Shown: piece after piece, positions 12,935 through 25,695 of the stretch
How the letters are laid out: the number at the start of each line of letters is the position of its first letter
Position numbering within the stretch: position 1 is the stretch's first letter
Origin: Octopus bimaculoides
Taxonomy: Eukaryota
Reading direction: 5' to 3'
Assembly (NCBI RefSeq): GCF_001194135.2
Contig: NC_068989.1
Location: 91,167,536-91,226,481 of the forward strand
DNA: 58,946 nucleotides
Position numbers and translations under genes: made by a program
The notes under the pieces: model-generated
The model's input: the letters and a program-made list of their open reading frames with translations, nothing else
Told to the model about the DNA's origin: nothing
The model's database searches: none

Positions 12935-13140
12935 ACTAATTTTGGCCGAAGGTCAGCAAGTTCGGGACAGGGGTAAGTCGATAACATCGACCCCAATGCT
13001 CGACTGGAACTTATTTTATCGACCCCCAAAAGATGAAAGGCAAAGTCGACGTCGGGGGAATTTGAATCCGACACGTTAAGACGAACGAAATTCCGTCAAG
13101 TATTTTTCCAGGCGTGCTAACGATTCAGCCAGATGGCCGC
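12935..13140 (-). mobile_element. SINE family A
   Basis: gatgaaaggcaaagtcgac core and gcgtgctaacgattcagccag head on the minus strand. Confidence 0.85.
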
Positions 13141-13231
13141 TATTTGATGTTAAAATTTGGTAATATTTTGTAATAGATATTAATATTTGACAGGAAACAG
13201 GGAAACGGAAGATTAGACGTTGGAATAATGA

Positions 13232-13298
<67 letters not shown>

Positions 13299-13950
13299 AG
13301 AAGAAAATGAGAAGTGGAAGAGGAGGAGGGGAAGAAAGAGAGGAGAGATACTGAAATATATATTTGTTAGAAAGAGGGCCAGTGTTAGGAAAGAAAGAAC
13401 TATGATTACAAAATAAAAACAAGGATACAAAACGGAAAACATAGCAGGAATTGAGAAGAGATCGAGTGATTAATCGATCGATAGTTAGATGGAAAGAGAG
13501 ATAAATAAAAGAGATAAAGAGGTAGGCAGGTATACAAATAAGTAGAAATATAGATAAGGTCTGTGTGATAGATAAATGGATAGATAGCATTCATAAAAGA
13601 GATGGTTGATAAATAGAAAGGTAGACATTGGGTTTAGATAGAAAAACAGATAGATAGAATGAAAGGTAGATGGATGAATAAAGGGAAAGAGAAAGAGGGA
13701 GAGAGTGTGAGTGATAGAGAGAAAGAGTGAAAGGCAGATAGAGAAGAGAGAGAAAAGGAGACCTAGTGAGATGTTAATTAAATTGGAAAAAATGTAAGAG
13801 GGAAAGAATAAGAACATCGATAACAACATCAAGATGAAAAACTGAGGAAGACATAGGGAGAGAAAGGGGGGAGGTGAGTGGCTCAATGAGAATAATAAGC
13901 GTTAGTGAAAGAAAGAGAAAAGGAGGCAAGAGAAAAATGAGATAGAAAGA
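13140..13950. repeat. Purine-rich (GA)n and GA-degenerate low-complexity tract
   Basis: Perfect (GA)n at ~13236-13294 inside a long A/G-biased stretch. Confidence 0.85.
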
Positions 13951-14584
13951 TATATATATATATATATATANNNNNNNNNNNNNNNNNNNNNNNNNNNNNN
14001 NNNNNNNNNNNNNNNNNNNNNNNNNNNNNNNNNNNNNNNNNNNNNNNNNNNNNNNNNNNNNNNNNNNNNNNNNNNNNNNNNNNNNNNNNNNNNNNNNNNN
14101 NNNNNNNNNNNNNNNNNNNNNNNNNNNNNNNNNNNNNNNNNNNNNNNNNNNNNNNNNNNNNNNNNNNNNNNNNNNNNNNNNNNNNNNNNNNNNNNNNNNN
14201 NNNNNNNNNNNNNNNNNNNNNNNNNNNNNNNNNNNNNNNNNNNNNNNNNNNNNNNNNNNNNNNNNNNNNNNNNNNNNNNNNNNNNNNNNNNNNNNNNNNN
14301 NNNNNNNNNNNNNNNNNNNNNNNNNNNNNNNNNNNNNNNNNNNNNNNNNNNNNNNNNNNNNNNNNNNNNNNNNNNNNNNNNNNNNNNNNNNNNNNNNNNN
14401 NNNNNNNNNNNNNNNNNNNNNNNNNNNNNNNNNNNNNNNNNNNNNNNNNNNNNNNNNNNNNNNNNNNNNNNNNNNNNNNNNNNNNNNNNNNNNNNNNNNN
14501 NNNNNNNNNNNNNNNNNNNNNNNNNNNNNNNNNNNNNNNNNNNNNNNNNNNNNNNNNNNTGGAAGTGAGAATGTATAGAGACTT

Positions 14585-15140
14585 TATCTTCTACTTGTTT
14601 CAGTCAGGAGACTGCGGCCATACTGGGGCAACGCCTTGAAGAATTTTTTTAGCCGAATGAATCGTCCTTTCCCTCAGTCTGCTAATTATTTTATTGTTTT
14701 AGGCGGTGAACTGGTAGAGACGTTAGCACGTCGGGCGAAATGTTTAGCAGTATTTCGCCTGTCTTTATGTTCTGAGTTCAAATTTCGCCAAGGCCGACTT
14801 TGCCTTTTATCCTTTTGAGGTCGATAAATTAAGTACTAGTTGCGTACTATGGTTGATCTAATCGACTGGCCCCCTCCCCCAAAATTTCGGGCCTTGTGCC
14901 TAGAGTAGAAAAGAATTATTTTATCGTTTTTTGTCAGCCGCTAAGTTACGGTGGCGTAGACAAACCAGCTTCGGGTGTCAAGCAGTGGTGGGGGACAAAC
15001 ACTGACTTAAACACACACATACACACGCGAGAACGCACACACACACACACATACACACGCGCGAACGCACACACACACACACACACACACACATAGGCGT
15101 AGGCGTGGCTGTGCGATAAGAAGCTCGCTTTCCGACTGCA
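14585..15140. mobile_element. SINE cluster: family B tail (-, 14585-14660), family A (+, 14700-14915), family B pieces (14920-15140)
   Basis: Motif matches to other copies in the window. Confidence 0.75.
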
Positions 15141-15149
15141 CGAATTTAG

Positions 15150-17500
15150 TGGGCTTCTTGCAAGAGACCCGGGATGACGTGAGCCGTGTGGGCTCTGTCT
15201 TTGGAAGGAAGGAAGAAAACTGTCGAGTTAGGTAACTTTGTTCGTTTGAGCTGGGCATAATTTATTGTTTGTCTATTTTTTCAGTAAATTCTGCCCAGTT
15301 CTGGGGCAATNNNNNNNNNNGAGGCGTGTTTTGCGTCCAAATTTTGTTCACCTTTTGTGAAGAATTTTGTTTCAAAAATTGTGAAAAATTGGAAGACACT
15401 ACTTCATTTTGCCAATTTTTGTGAAAGCTGTGTTTCAAGTTGTGTTGTTCCGGATTCCGGGTTCGAATTGGAGTACCAAATAGGCCTGGATTACCGAGTG
15501 GCCACTCAGACTCACCCTCCCCATAGACACCAAACCCACCCACTCCATTTCTTCACAAGAAAAAAAAAATCGAAAAAGAAAAAACAGACACCACAAAATT
15601 TAGAAGACCTCCTTCCGGTGAAAAAGGTTATGAATGCATGGAGGAGAGAACGATATCATTAAGTGATGGAGAAAGAGGAAAAAGTTTTGAACTGAAAGGA
15701 AAAAAGGACTTAGGACTCAGAGGCAGCGAGTGGTGTTATTCAGTATGGGGTGAGTAGCACACTCTTCATAATATAATTTTCAGATATCATTCATGATATC
15801 ATATTTTTAATTTGTTATTCACGTGCATTTTCATGTATCATTCATTATATCATTTTATTTTTATATTTTTGTTATATGTCCCTACATGTGTTGCAGTGTC
15901 CAGTCTGTGTAATGCCTTTATGACAAAAATATTGAAATAAAGCTTACTTCCCGCTGCACGGCGCATGTGCGAATCAGAGTGGTTCCTCGGTTCATAATGA
16001 CAACACAGCTAAAGATATTAGCAGCACAGCCTGAAGGTAGGAGAAATTTTGTTTCTGGGGCACAGGGCGGGTGCGTTACTTGTATTTTATTATTTTTCAC
16101 TAGTAAGATATCTCCACTAATCTCAGGGAAATTTTGTCCGCCTTTGGTTACGTTGGTTTTGTTGGAAATTCTTAGGGGACGTATCCCGCAATGTAAGAAT
16201 TTTTAATAATTACAATTTTTTTTTTTACTGAAGACTTTCGTAATTGGATTTTTGTTCCTGTTTATGGACATTCTTGTTAATTATACAACGAACACCAGAT
16301 TTTGTGGATAAAATTATTTGGATATCGTGGATTACCTACATCGGATTACCCAGGCCTGGCCAGGAGTTCGAATAGGCCAGAGGACAGTGGACATTTAAAC
16401 TATTTTTTCCTTTTTTTTTTGTAATGACAACACAGCTAAAAATAGCTGCTGTTGTGGATTAATTCTACGAAAAGATAGCAGCGTAGCCTGAAGGTAGGGT
16501 GTATTTTGGTTCTGGGACACAGTGGGAGTGCGTTGCTTGTATTTTATTAATTCCACATTATTTTTCACTAAGTAAGGTACCTCAACTGGTCTCGAGGCGA
16601 TTTTGTTCGCCTTTGGTTGCGTTGATTTTGTTGAAAAGTTCCTGGATGCAAGAATTTTTTCTACCGAAAATATTTCATTGAAGACTTTTGTAATTGGATT
16701 TTTGTCTCTGTTTATGGACATTCGAGTACTGATTGCTGTTAATTATACAGTGAACATCTGATTTTAGGGAAAAATTATATGGATATTGTGGATTGCCTAT
16801 ATTGGATTACCCAGGATTGGCCAGGAGTTAGAATAGGACAGTGGACATTTAACTGTGCATTTTTTTTACTGTTTTTCTTGCTTTTTTGTTTTAATTTTTT
16901 TCTACAGTTAACTGTGAACATGGAAAGAGAAAATAGCAATATGTTGGAGTGGGAGATCAACCCACCCAAAGAATGGGTGAAAGATTTGAAAGAGAGGACA
17001 GTGGTAAACCGGTGGACCCCCAATCCTACCGGAAAAAAAAGGAAAAGGTAAAAAGAATGGTATTCCGACGGTTGAGCCGCCGACGGACGTTGAACCATCG
17101 TCGGGTGGAATTGCGCCTATCCCGTCCCCGGAGGAAGAGGAAATATTGGTCTTCTTTTAGAGAGGTGGAGGAAGAGCTGGAAAAGTACCAGAAGGGAGCA
17201 ACTTTGACCTCCGCAGGTAGGTGTGGAGGTCATGACGTTGGCCGTGATGCTAAGGTTGGAGGGGCTCAATGAGAAATATAGCTTGTGGCTGGGTGACGCC
17301 AACACGCCACTCGTTGAGTGTTTAAAAGAGGTGTAGGTCTTGGCGGGAGATGTGGTCACAAGCGATGATGGGAGGGATATGGATAAAAAGTTGAAAAGTC
17401 TCAATGTTATTAATTGAGGAGGGGTTTGAAACCTCATTTTGTTTAAAACAAAGTAAGAGACGTATTGCCTCCTTTTTGTAGCAATCAATATAACGAACAG
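15150..17500 (+). mobile_element. Head-to-tail array of three family X units (~15150-15905, ~15935-16400, ~16420-17500)
   Basis: Leader aatgacaacacagctaaa...gaaggtagg repeated at ~15995 and ~16423; GGATTACC motifs in all three units; unit 3 carries the decayed C-terminal ORF block homologous to 5300-5800. Confidence 0.7.
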
Positions 17501-17749
17501 TCTTACTTTAACAACTGAATGAATCTCATAAAAGCATCTAAATATGAAACATCATGAAAATTGTTCAAACTGAAGTCCTTCTTGAACGAAGCATTTTTCC
17601 ATTCGAGTCAATACAGAATTACAGATAGTAATTATGGAATTTTGATTTACTGTCGGGTGACATTTGGCAACACTATATATATATATATAGTGTGTGTTTG
17701 TGTTTTTTCCTGCATTGACAACTGGTGTTGCAATGTACATACCCTCATA

Positions 17750-17895
17750 ACCTAGCGCTCCGTCAAAGGATCCCGACAGAATAAAAATCAGGCTTTGACC
17801 AAAACAAGTACAGAGGTCGATTCGTTCAACTAAAACATTTCAAGGAGGTGCCCCAGCATAGGCGTAGTCTCATGACTTGAACAAAAAGAAAATAA
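17750..17895 (+). mobile_element. SINE family B tail
   Basis: gaggtcgattcgttcaactaaa...ggtgccccagcataggcgtagtc. Confidence 0.7.
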
Positions 17896-19081
17896 GAGAC
17901 TGTAACACATGGTTTGAGGGAAATTTTACTATTATTTCTTGCAAAGTCGAGCGACCACTTTTGTTCGCTGTTAATTTTATTGCAATTGCTTGCAATAACG
18001 ATGGTGAGGATGGCTATGAAAATGAGCGGCAATGGTAGTTGTGGCTGTGGTGGTAGTTGTGGTGAAGGTGGTGGTGCTATAAGACGTTATTTAAGTAGAT
18101 CGCCAGTAGTTCGAACACGCATCGAACGGACAATAAAATACCCGATTTATAAAGGTAATTGTAACAAAAGCTTGCGAGGGGGCACAGCAGTCATTGCTGT
18201 TGAAATTACGAACTGCTGGATACCTTAAGACGCACCGTTTCTACTGCCATCTGATTAGTCGCTAAATTGGTCGGATTGGCAAGAATCGGAAAAGAATACC
18301 GTGGAATGGAAGAGAAATTACGACAGCAGGAGCAAACAAACTGGATATCGGAGCGAGCGAGAGAGAGAATAAGATGGAAGAGAACATATTTCTGAAACTT
18401 GTACTTACTTCGCCAATAATTCACTGGATACCTTTGTATCTAACAGTATTAGATTATCTATCTATCTGCCTGTAGGTATATCCACTTGTAAGTCAATGTG
18501 TTTATGTAATGTAATATATATATATATATACACACACACACATATATGGTACGCTGACTTATTTTTTTTCCTTGGCGTGTTCTTTGCAAGAACAGCAGGT
18601 TAAGTTGTAGAAGCTGGAGGTTCTCCACGAGTGCAAATTCTTTTCAAGAAATGATTCTATACTTAATCATACACGCGCGCACGCGCACACACATTTGTTC
18701 ATATGTATGCATTTAATATATTCACTTGCAGTTATGTAACATCTTCAAGTATCTCTCTCTCTCTTTCTCTCTATCTATTTATCTAGATAGATAGAGAGAG
18801 AAAATGTGAGAAAGCGAGAGATATAAGGAACAGAATTATATCTGCAAAATGCATCAATTCATATCTTCAGGTGCGCGCATATATATATACATGTATATAC
18901 ATACCCATATATATGTGTGTGTATATATATATACACACACATACGTATCAATCTACTCTCACAAATAGAAATATATTCTCATTCATCCATACATTCACGT
19001 GCAGCATATGAATATACATACACAAATATAGGCATATATATGTAAATATATACAAGCAAGTATATACATACATACATACAC

Positions 19082-19127
<46 letters not shown>

Positions 19128-19309
19128 NNNNNNNNNNNNNNNNNNNNNNNNNNNNNNNNNNNNNNNNNNNNNNNNNNNNNNNNNNNNNNNNNNNNNNNNN
19201 NNNNNNNNNNNNNNNNNNNNAAACATATGTGTGTGTGTGTGTGTGTGTGTATATGCATCTATGTATGTATTTGTGTGTCTGTGTGCCTAACGTGGCCAGA
19301 AATCACACA

Positions 19310-19960
19310 CACCGGCACGCACATACATGTGTAGATGTGTGTGTCTTGTAACGTGTATATTTACATTTGTTGTTGCGTAAAATAAATAGCATGCTATGTG
19401 CACAAAGTGTAATTGTTTGATGCTTTTGAAGACGCATATCCGGGGGCCTACCATATTTCTTATGATGCAACTGCCAAACTTCCACAGATTTCCAAAATCT
19501 TTCTCTATGTTGTAGGTTAATTACAGTATATTTTCCTATATTTCCAATTAGCTGTTGATTGCTTGCAGTAGACTTTTCCTACGAATCCTATTTTATTCAA
19601 GATGAAACATCGATTTCGTCTGCATACGTTGGTTGTTCCATTTTGAATTATTCTTACCTTACCAGGTATTTTGCAGGTAGATTCGGAACTCTCCAGTCGT
19701 TTTTGGTCAATATTTGCGCAGTGATGGCAGTGTTTTTAAGAAGCTTTCTTTGCAAATGTATGTTTCCAAGTTCAGGCCCACTGCCTAGCATCTTGGGCAA
19801 GAATATTCAGCTGTAGCGTTAGACCTACCAGTGCCTTGTGGATGGAGACTGTAGTACGTTAGCAGATCGTAGCAGACGGTTGCATGCGCAGTAACAATTG
19901 CAGTGGCGGCGCTGTGTTTACTTGGCAAATTGTAAAATTTATGTTTTTGTATTCACGTGT
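19310..19960 (-). mobile_element. Degenerate RTE-clade LINE fragment (post-RT region)
   Basis: With frameshifts the minus strand resembles the RTE motif series 'FHQRCLR.IL.I.W', 'QLRW.GH..RM', 'D.R.PK'. Confidence 0.5.
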
Positions 19961-19980
19961 ATGCTGTAGTCTACGATTTT

Positions 19981-21053
19981 GAGCATGCTTCGACAAACTT
20001 ACGGCGACGAGGCAATGGGTCGTACGCAATGTTTCGAGTGACACGGGTCTTCAAAAGCGGAAGAACGTCCTTGGAAGATGAGTGATCTGAAAGGCCTACT
20101 AGGGGCGTCAACCCCAGAAATGTGGTATTGTGCATCGAGAATTCGTCCTCTGGAGTCAGACCATCAATCGAGAGTTCTGCTGGTAGTTGTTATTGCGCAC
20201 GCAACCGTCTGCTGCGATCTGTTAAAGCATCACTGAACAACTCCGGGTGCTTTTTGGTACCGCCGTATTATATTATCCGTATTATATCACCGTATTATAT
20301 ATGCATTATCGGTAAAATACCTTAATTATTTTCAAAATTATTATATTCTTTTCTACTCTAGGCACAAGGTCTGAAATTTTGGGGGAGGGGGCCAGTTGAT
20401 TAGATCAACTCCAGTACGCAACTGGTACTTAATTTATCGACCCCGAAAGGATGAAAGGCGGAATCAATCTCGGCAAAATTTGAACTCAGAACATAAAGAC
20501 AAACGAAATACCAGTAAGCATTTTTCCCAGCGTGCTAACGTTTCTGCCAGCTCGCCGCCTTCCAAAACCATTATATTCATTTCTACTCTAGGCACAAGGC
20601 TCGACATTTTTGGTGAGGGCGACGTTTTGAAGCGTTTGAGGGAGGACATTCGGCGAAAGCGAGCGGATCTATGGAGAGCGAATAATTAGATTCTTCACCG
20701 AGCTCTCCTCACTCGTCGGTTCCTCGCCGAAAACAACATGGTGTCGCTTCTGCACCCGCCTTATTCATCAGATTTAGCACCTTTGCACTTTCATATCTTC
20801 CCCAAGATCAAAATGCAGCTCAAAGGTCACCGTTTTAACACCGTTGTCGAAATCCAGAGCGAATCGCAGAAGGTCCTCGACTCGTTTACGGAAAACGACT
20901 TCCAGGCCGGATTCCTAAATTGACAGGAATGCTGGGACCGGTGTATTGAAGCGCAAGGTGATTATTTCAAAGGCGATGATGTTTAAACTCCGGTAAATAA
21001 GTTATTTTTTCCATTAAACATAACTAATCCGGAAACCTTTTGATACCACCTCA
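19981..21053 (+). mobile_element. Second mariner family, internally deleted and interrupted by a 440-bp insertion (20181-20620)
   Basis: MLRQTYGDEAMGRTQCFE (HTH), then GIVHREFVLWSQTINREFC | DVLKRLREDIRRKR, then HPPYSSDLAP. Right TIR ccggaaaccttttgataccacctca followed by TA at 21054-55. Confidence 0.85.
20345..20620 (-). mobile_element. SINE family A plus a second SINE tail, inside the mariner insertion
   Basis: ttctactctaggcacaagg tail occurs at ~20351 and ~20581. Confidence 0.8.
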
Positions 21054-21624
21054 TAAATATGATAAAGTGATGTGTAGGTGGCTGACAGAGACGGCCGTGT
21101 GCTGGTCTAGAAACTGTGTTTGATTACGTCCCTTTAATATAGGTGAACGTGATCCTTACGTTCTGGGTTGAAGCCTTCTTGTCAAAATCAATGGACCATC
21201 TACGGACCACGGAATAATAATTGCAATTAAATACTGAGATAGACTTAATTAATTCTATGTGGCTCTTTTGCCAAGATCTGTGGCCTTGTGCCGAAATCAC
21301 AAAATGAATATTAATTCATTGAAATCGTTTCTTTTGATTCATAACAAAACCGATGCCCAGCTAAAGGTAAATTAACCAATTCAGATAGTGATTAATTTTA
21401 GTGAGACAGACTAATTAATTTGAAGAATTAATTAATGTTGATATAGCATCGAACAAGGAATCTGATACTAAAACGTAGTTAAGAAAATCAGCAACGAAGT
21501 ATAGACAAATGCCTTTGGTGGTTCGACAGACGTATCTTGATGTTCGATCTATATTCGAAATGTTACTCATTGCACAAGTGCTGCTGGCCCTGCTAAGGTA
21601 CTCAGTAGCGTTGTTATCTCTTGC

Positions 21625-21770
21625 TAAATAGTAGTAGTAGTAGTAGTAGTAGTAGAAGTACTACTATTACTAATAGTTGTAGTAGTAGTAGTAGCAGCAG
21701 CAACAGTAGTAGTAGTAGCAAAATCAGCAGTGGTAGTAGTAGTAGTAGTAGTCGTATCAGTCGTAGTCGA
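21625..21770 (+). repeat. (AGT)n/(AGC)n trinucleotide tract
   Basis: Read directly from the sequence. Confidence 0.9.
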
Positions 21771-21789
21771 ATATTTTTAGTGAAATGTC

Positions 21790-21885
21790 AATCTCGGCCG
21801 AGCAATACTTATCCGGGTGTGGGACTGAACCTCAGAAATCATGCAGTTACAGCGTGAGCTTGTTAACCACACAGCCATGCCTACA
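21790..21885 (-). mobile_element. SINE family B head fragment
   Basis: gggactgaacc...aaccacacagccatgccta is the reverse complement of the family B head. Confidence 0.65.
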
Positions 21886-22074
21886 CCGATTGATTATATT
21901 GATTTCGCTAGGAATATAATTTTTATCATACATTGTTTGAGAAATAAATCACGAGTTTTCTTTTTATCTAAAATAATTAGATATAATCCCGGAAAACATT
22001 GATTAAATACTTAACGTTTATAAATGATTCATGAGACATTTTAGACATATTCTCACATCGTGCTAGTGCTAAAT

Positions 22075-22220
22075 ATGTCACACATACATACATACATACA
22101 AACACAAACACACATATGCATATATATATGTATATACATAGATGTACATGCATGCATATATATGTATATATATACATAGACGTACATATATGTATATATG
22201 TGTATATATATATACAAATA

Positions 22221-22254
<34 letters not shown>

Positions 22255-22383
22255 CAAATATATATGTATATATGTGTATATATATGTGTATATATACGTG
22301 TGTGTGTGTATATGTGTATAAATATGTGTATATATATGTGTATGTATATCATATATATGTATGTATACATATTTATATGTATG

Positions 22384-22425
<42 letters not shown>

Positions 22426-22450
22426 TATACATCATGCATATATGCGTGTA
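22075..22450. repeat. Degenerate (TA)n/(TATG)n tract
   Basis: Read directly from the sequence. Confidence 0.9.
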
Positions 22451-22834
22451 TTTAAAACTTCGCGGGTCTGAAAACGCACTCATATATTCAGTAATAGAGT
22501 TGCTTTATTATCAATATATTACAATATTTTAGTCGCATAATTATCAACTTGTCAACTGGTTTGATGCCAGAAAAAAAAAATTCCAGCAATCATCAGACAC
22601 AATTGAAAAGAATAGCGTGCCGTGGGCTCTTTCGCACTGGAGACCTGAAAGTTTTCTTGCATTTGAATTGGGAAATTTCTTCCACACACAACTTCCGTTT
22701 CGGTTTTATTACACCATAACTTTGAGTGCTACAAAATGGATTCCACATTTCCAGGTCCCTAATGGCTAAGACAATACGTCATACTATTACAATTAGGCAT
22801 TCATTGTGACTGGTAGATGAAACAATGATTCTTT

Positions 22835-22930
22835 CCTATTCTAGGCACAAGGGCTGAAACGCAAAGTCGACTTCGGTGGAATTGGAACTCAAAACGTAAG
22901 ACAGACGAAATACCGCTAAGCATGCCGCTT
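22835..22930 (-). mobile_element. SINE family A, deleted
   Basis: caaagtcgacttcggtggaattggaactc core. Confidence 0.7.
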
Positions 22931-23131
22931 TAGGTGAAATCATGATTGTGCCGACTGAATTACGTAATTATGCTTGAAACGTCAAAAACCTACTCTTCTT
23001 TCCACCTTACCTCAGCGTTAAATTAAGACACTCCATGTGTACGTTTTGTCTACTTGTTGCTATTTTTAATGTTCGATTGTTTGTTCAATTTTAATGTTCG
23101 ATTGCTTAATGCTTGATTGTTGATCGATTTG

Positions 23132-23173
<42 letters not shown>

Positions 23174-24099
23174 NNNNNNNNNNNNNNNNNNNNNNNNNNN
23201 NNNNNNNNNNNNNNNNNNNNNNNNNNNNNNNNNNNNNNNNNNNNNNNNNNNNNNNNNNNNNNNNNNNNNNNNNNNNNNNNNNNNNNNNNNNNNNNNNNNN
23301 NNNNNNNNNNNNNNNNNNNNNNNNNNNNNNNNNNNNNNNNNNNNNNNNNNNNNNNNNNNNNNNNNNNNNNNNNNNNNNNNNNNNNNNNNNNNNNNNNNNN
23401 NNNNNNNNNNNNNNNNNNNNNNNNNNNNNNNNNNNNNNNNNNNNNNNNNNNNNNNNNNNNNNNNNNNNNNNNNNNNNNNNNNNNNNNNNNNNNNNNNNNN
23501 NNNNNNNNNNNNNNNNNNNNNNNNNNNNNNNNNNNNNNNNNNNNNNNNNNNNNNNNNNNNNNNNNNNNNNNNNNNNNNNNNNNNNNNNNNNNNNNNNNNN
23601 NNNNNNNNNNNNNNNNNNNNNNNNNNNNNNNNNNNNNNNNNNNNNNNNNNNNNNNNNNNNNNNNNNNNNNNNNNNNNNNNNNNNNNNNNNNNNNNNNNNN
23701 NNNNNNNNNNNNNNNNNNNNNNNNNNNNNNNNNNNNNNNNATATATATATATATATATATATATATAGGCTGTAACTATTTTGAATGTTGAATTTGTTAA
23801 CTTTGGCTTGTATTAGATAAGAATAGACTATTTATTACTGTTACTAAATTTTCTACAGCCACCGTCACATTCCATGACTACCATTGGGACCAATCCGACA
23901 CCGGACAAGGATTCTGGATTTTTTTTCCGTCTTTTTACTTCATTTTTGAGAGCGGTCGGTTTCATTCTTAGCAGTTCACGTTCGTGAGAGCAGTCGAGTT
24001 TATATCACATATTCTCATTTTCAAAATCATCTCCAGCTAATCGTTGAGGATTTTTTGACCGAATAAGATGATGTGGATGATCGGAGCGGCGGTGAAGAT

Positions 24100-24715
24100 T
24101 ATTATTATCAATATTATTATCATTATTATTATTAAAATAGAATATGGCCCGTTGTCTTCTGCTGAACCGGGGTCATTCCTTGACCCTAGGGTCATCGCAG
24201 GTCCTCATCTCATGGAGAGTACACGGCATAAAATGTGTGCGGAACCTAGCAACACTATTTTCTGAAGTTCTCCCACGTTAACACTGCAAGGGAGTTTGTT
24301 GAGCTGCTTATCAAGCCCCTTTTTAATTAGCCCTAACGCTCCAAACACCACTGGTGCTGTGCTGCTCTTCATTCCCCACATCTTGGTCACTTCTATTTCT
24401 AGGTCTTTGTACTTAGATAACTTCTCAACTTCTTTAATGGACACATTTCTCTCTGATGGTTCTGTCACATCTATCATCAAGCATTTCTTATTCTTCCCAT
24501 CTTTGATGATTATGTCCGGCTTGTTTGCCTTTGTTTCTTTATCGGTGTTGATTGGCATGTCCCAGAGTACTGTTACGTCATCTTTTCTGGTCACAGTTTC
24601 AGGTTTATGCTGGTACCATCTTTCTGAAGTTGGAAGCTGGTAGTGTTTACATATCTTCCAAAGGATATATTGCGTTACTATATCGTGTCTATGAATACAT
24701 TCGGTTTTGGCAATG
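24100..24715 (-). mobile_element. 3' end of a restriction-like-endonuclease (RLE) non-LTR retrotransposon (R4/Dong/NeSL type)
   Basis: ORF 24205-24756: RHD, KPETV, ANKPDIII, IDV, EKLSKYKDL, GALG, QKIVLLGSAHIL; short 3' UTR ending in (AAT)n. Confidence 0.9.
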
Positions 24716-24726
24716 TTATTATTATT

Positions 24727-24935
24727 AAGGTGGCGAGCTGGCAGGACCGTTAGCACGCCGGGCGAAAGGCTCAGCGGTATTTCGTCTGCTGCTACGTTCT
24801 GAGTTCAAATTCCGCTGAAGTCGACTTTACCTTTCATCCTTTCGAGGTCGATTAAATAAGTACCAGTTACGCACTGGGGTCGACGTAATCAACTTAATCC
24901 CCTCCCTCAAGCTGAGCTTTGATAAAAATTTAAAA
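24727..24935 (+). mobile_element. SINE family A
   Basis: Near-consensus head and core. Confidence 0.9.
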
Positions 24936-25223
24936 TAATTATTATTACTTTTGGCCACCTTACGGTGGAACTCCCCTTTATTGACGCATATTATTGGTTT
25001 AATCTCTTTGTTAATCGCTGTGTTTGTTTCTTTACACGTTTAACCTCACTGTTCCTCGACTGTGTATCGTCCTCTATGCTTTGTGTTCAGTCCTGGCAGC
25101 CAATAAAGAAATAATAATAATAANNNNNNNNNNNNNNNNNNNNNNNNNNNNNNNNNNNNNNNNNNNNNNNNNNNNNNNNNNNNNNNNNNNNNNNNNNNNN
25201 NNNNNNNNNNNNNNNNNNNNNNN

Positions 25224-25695
25224 TAAGTATCCTAGCTGTCCCTAATAACACTGTTTTCTGCAGCTGTACTAAATTGGGTCTTTATACTATTTCCTGTATC
25301 CCTTTATTCAGACCTTTAAGGATAGTTCCCAAAGCACCTATAACTACTGGGATATATTTTAACCACATTTTCCATAGTTCCTGTACTTCAGTGGCTAGGT
25401 CCTGGTACTTTACTGTTTTTTCTATACCTTTCATGTTGATTTTTTCATCGTTTGGGACTGTAAAGTCAATTATTTGGCACTTTCTATTCTCTTTACAACT
25501 ACCAAACCAGGCCTTTTAGCTTCTATTACTCTGTCAGTTTGAATGTCCCACAACATCTTATATTTCTTACTTTCTAGTACTTTACTAGGTTCCTGTTCAT
25601 ACCATTTATCAGTATGGTCAAATCTTAGCTTTTCGACATAACTCCCAGTGGATTACTCTCCCTAGATTGTCATGTCTTCTCTCGTATTCTTTCTG
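25224..25695 (-). mobile_element. Second RLE LINE 3' fragment, decayed and bounded by gaps
   Basis: YERRHDNLGRVIHWELC ... IIDFTVPND ... KYQDLATE ... VIGALG ... QKTVLLGTARIL. Confidence 0.85.
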
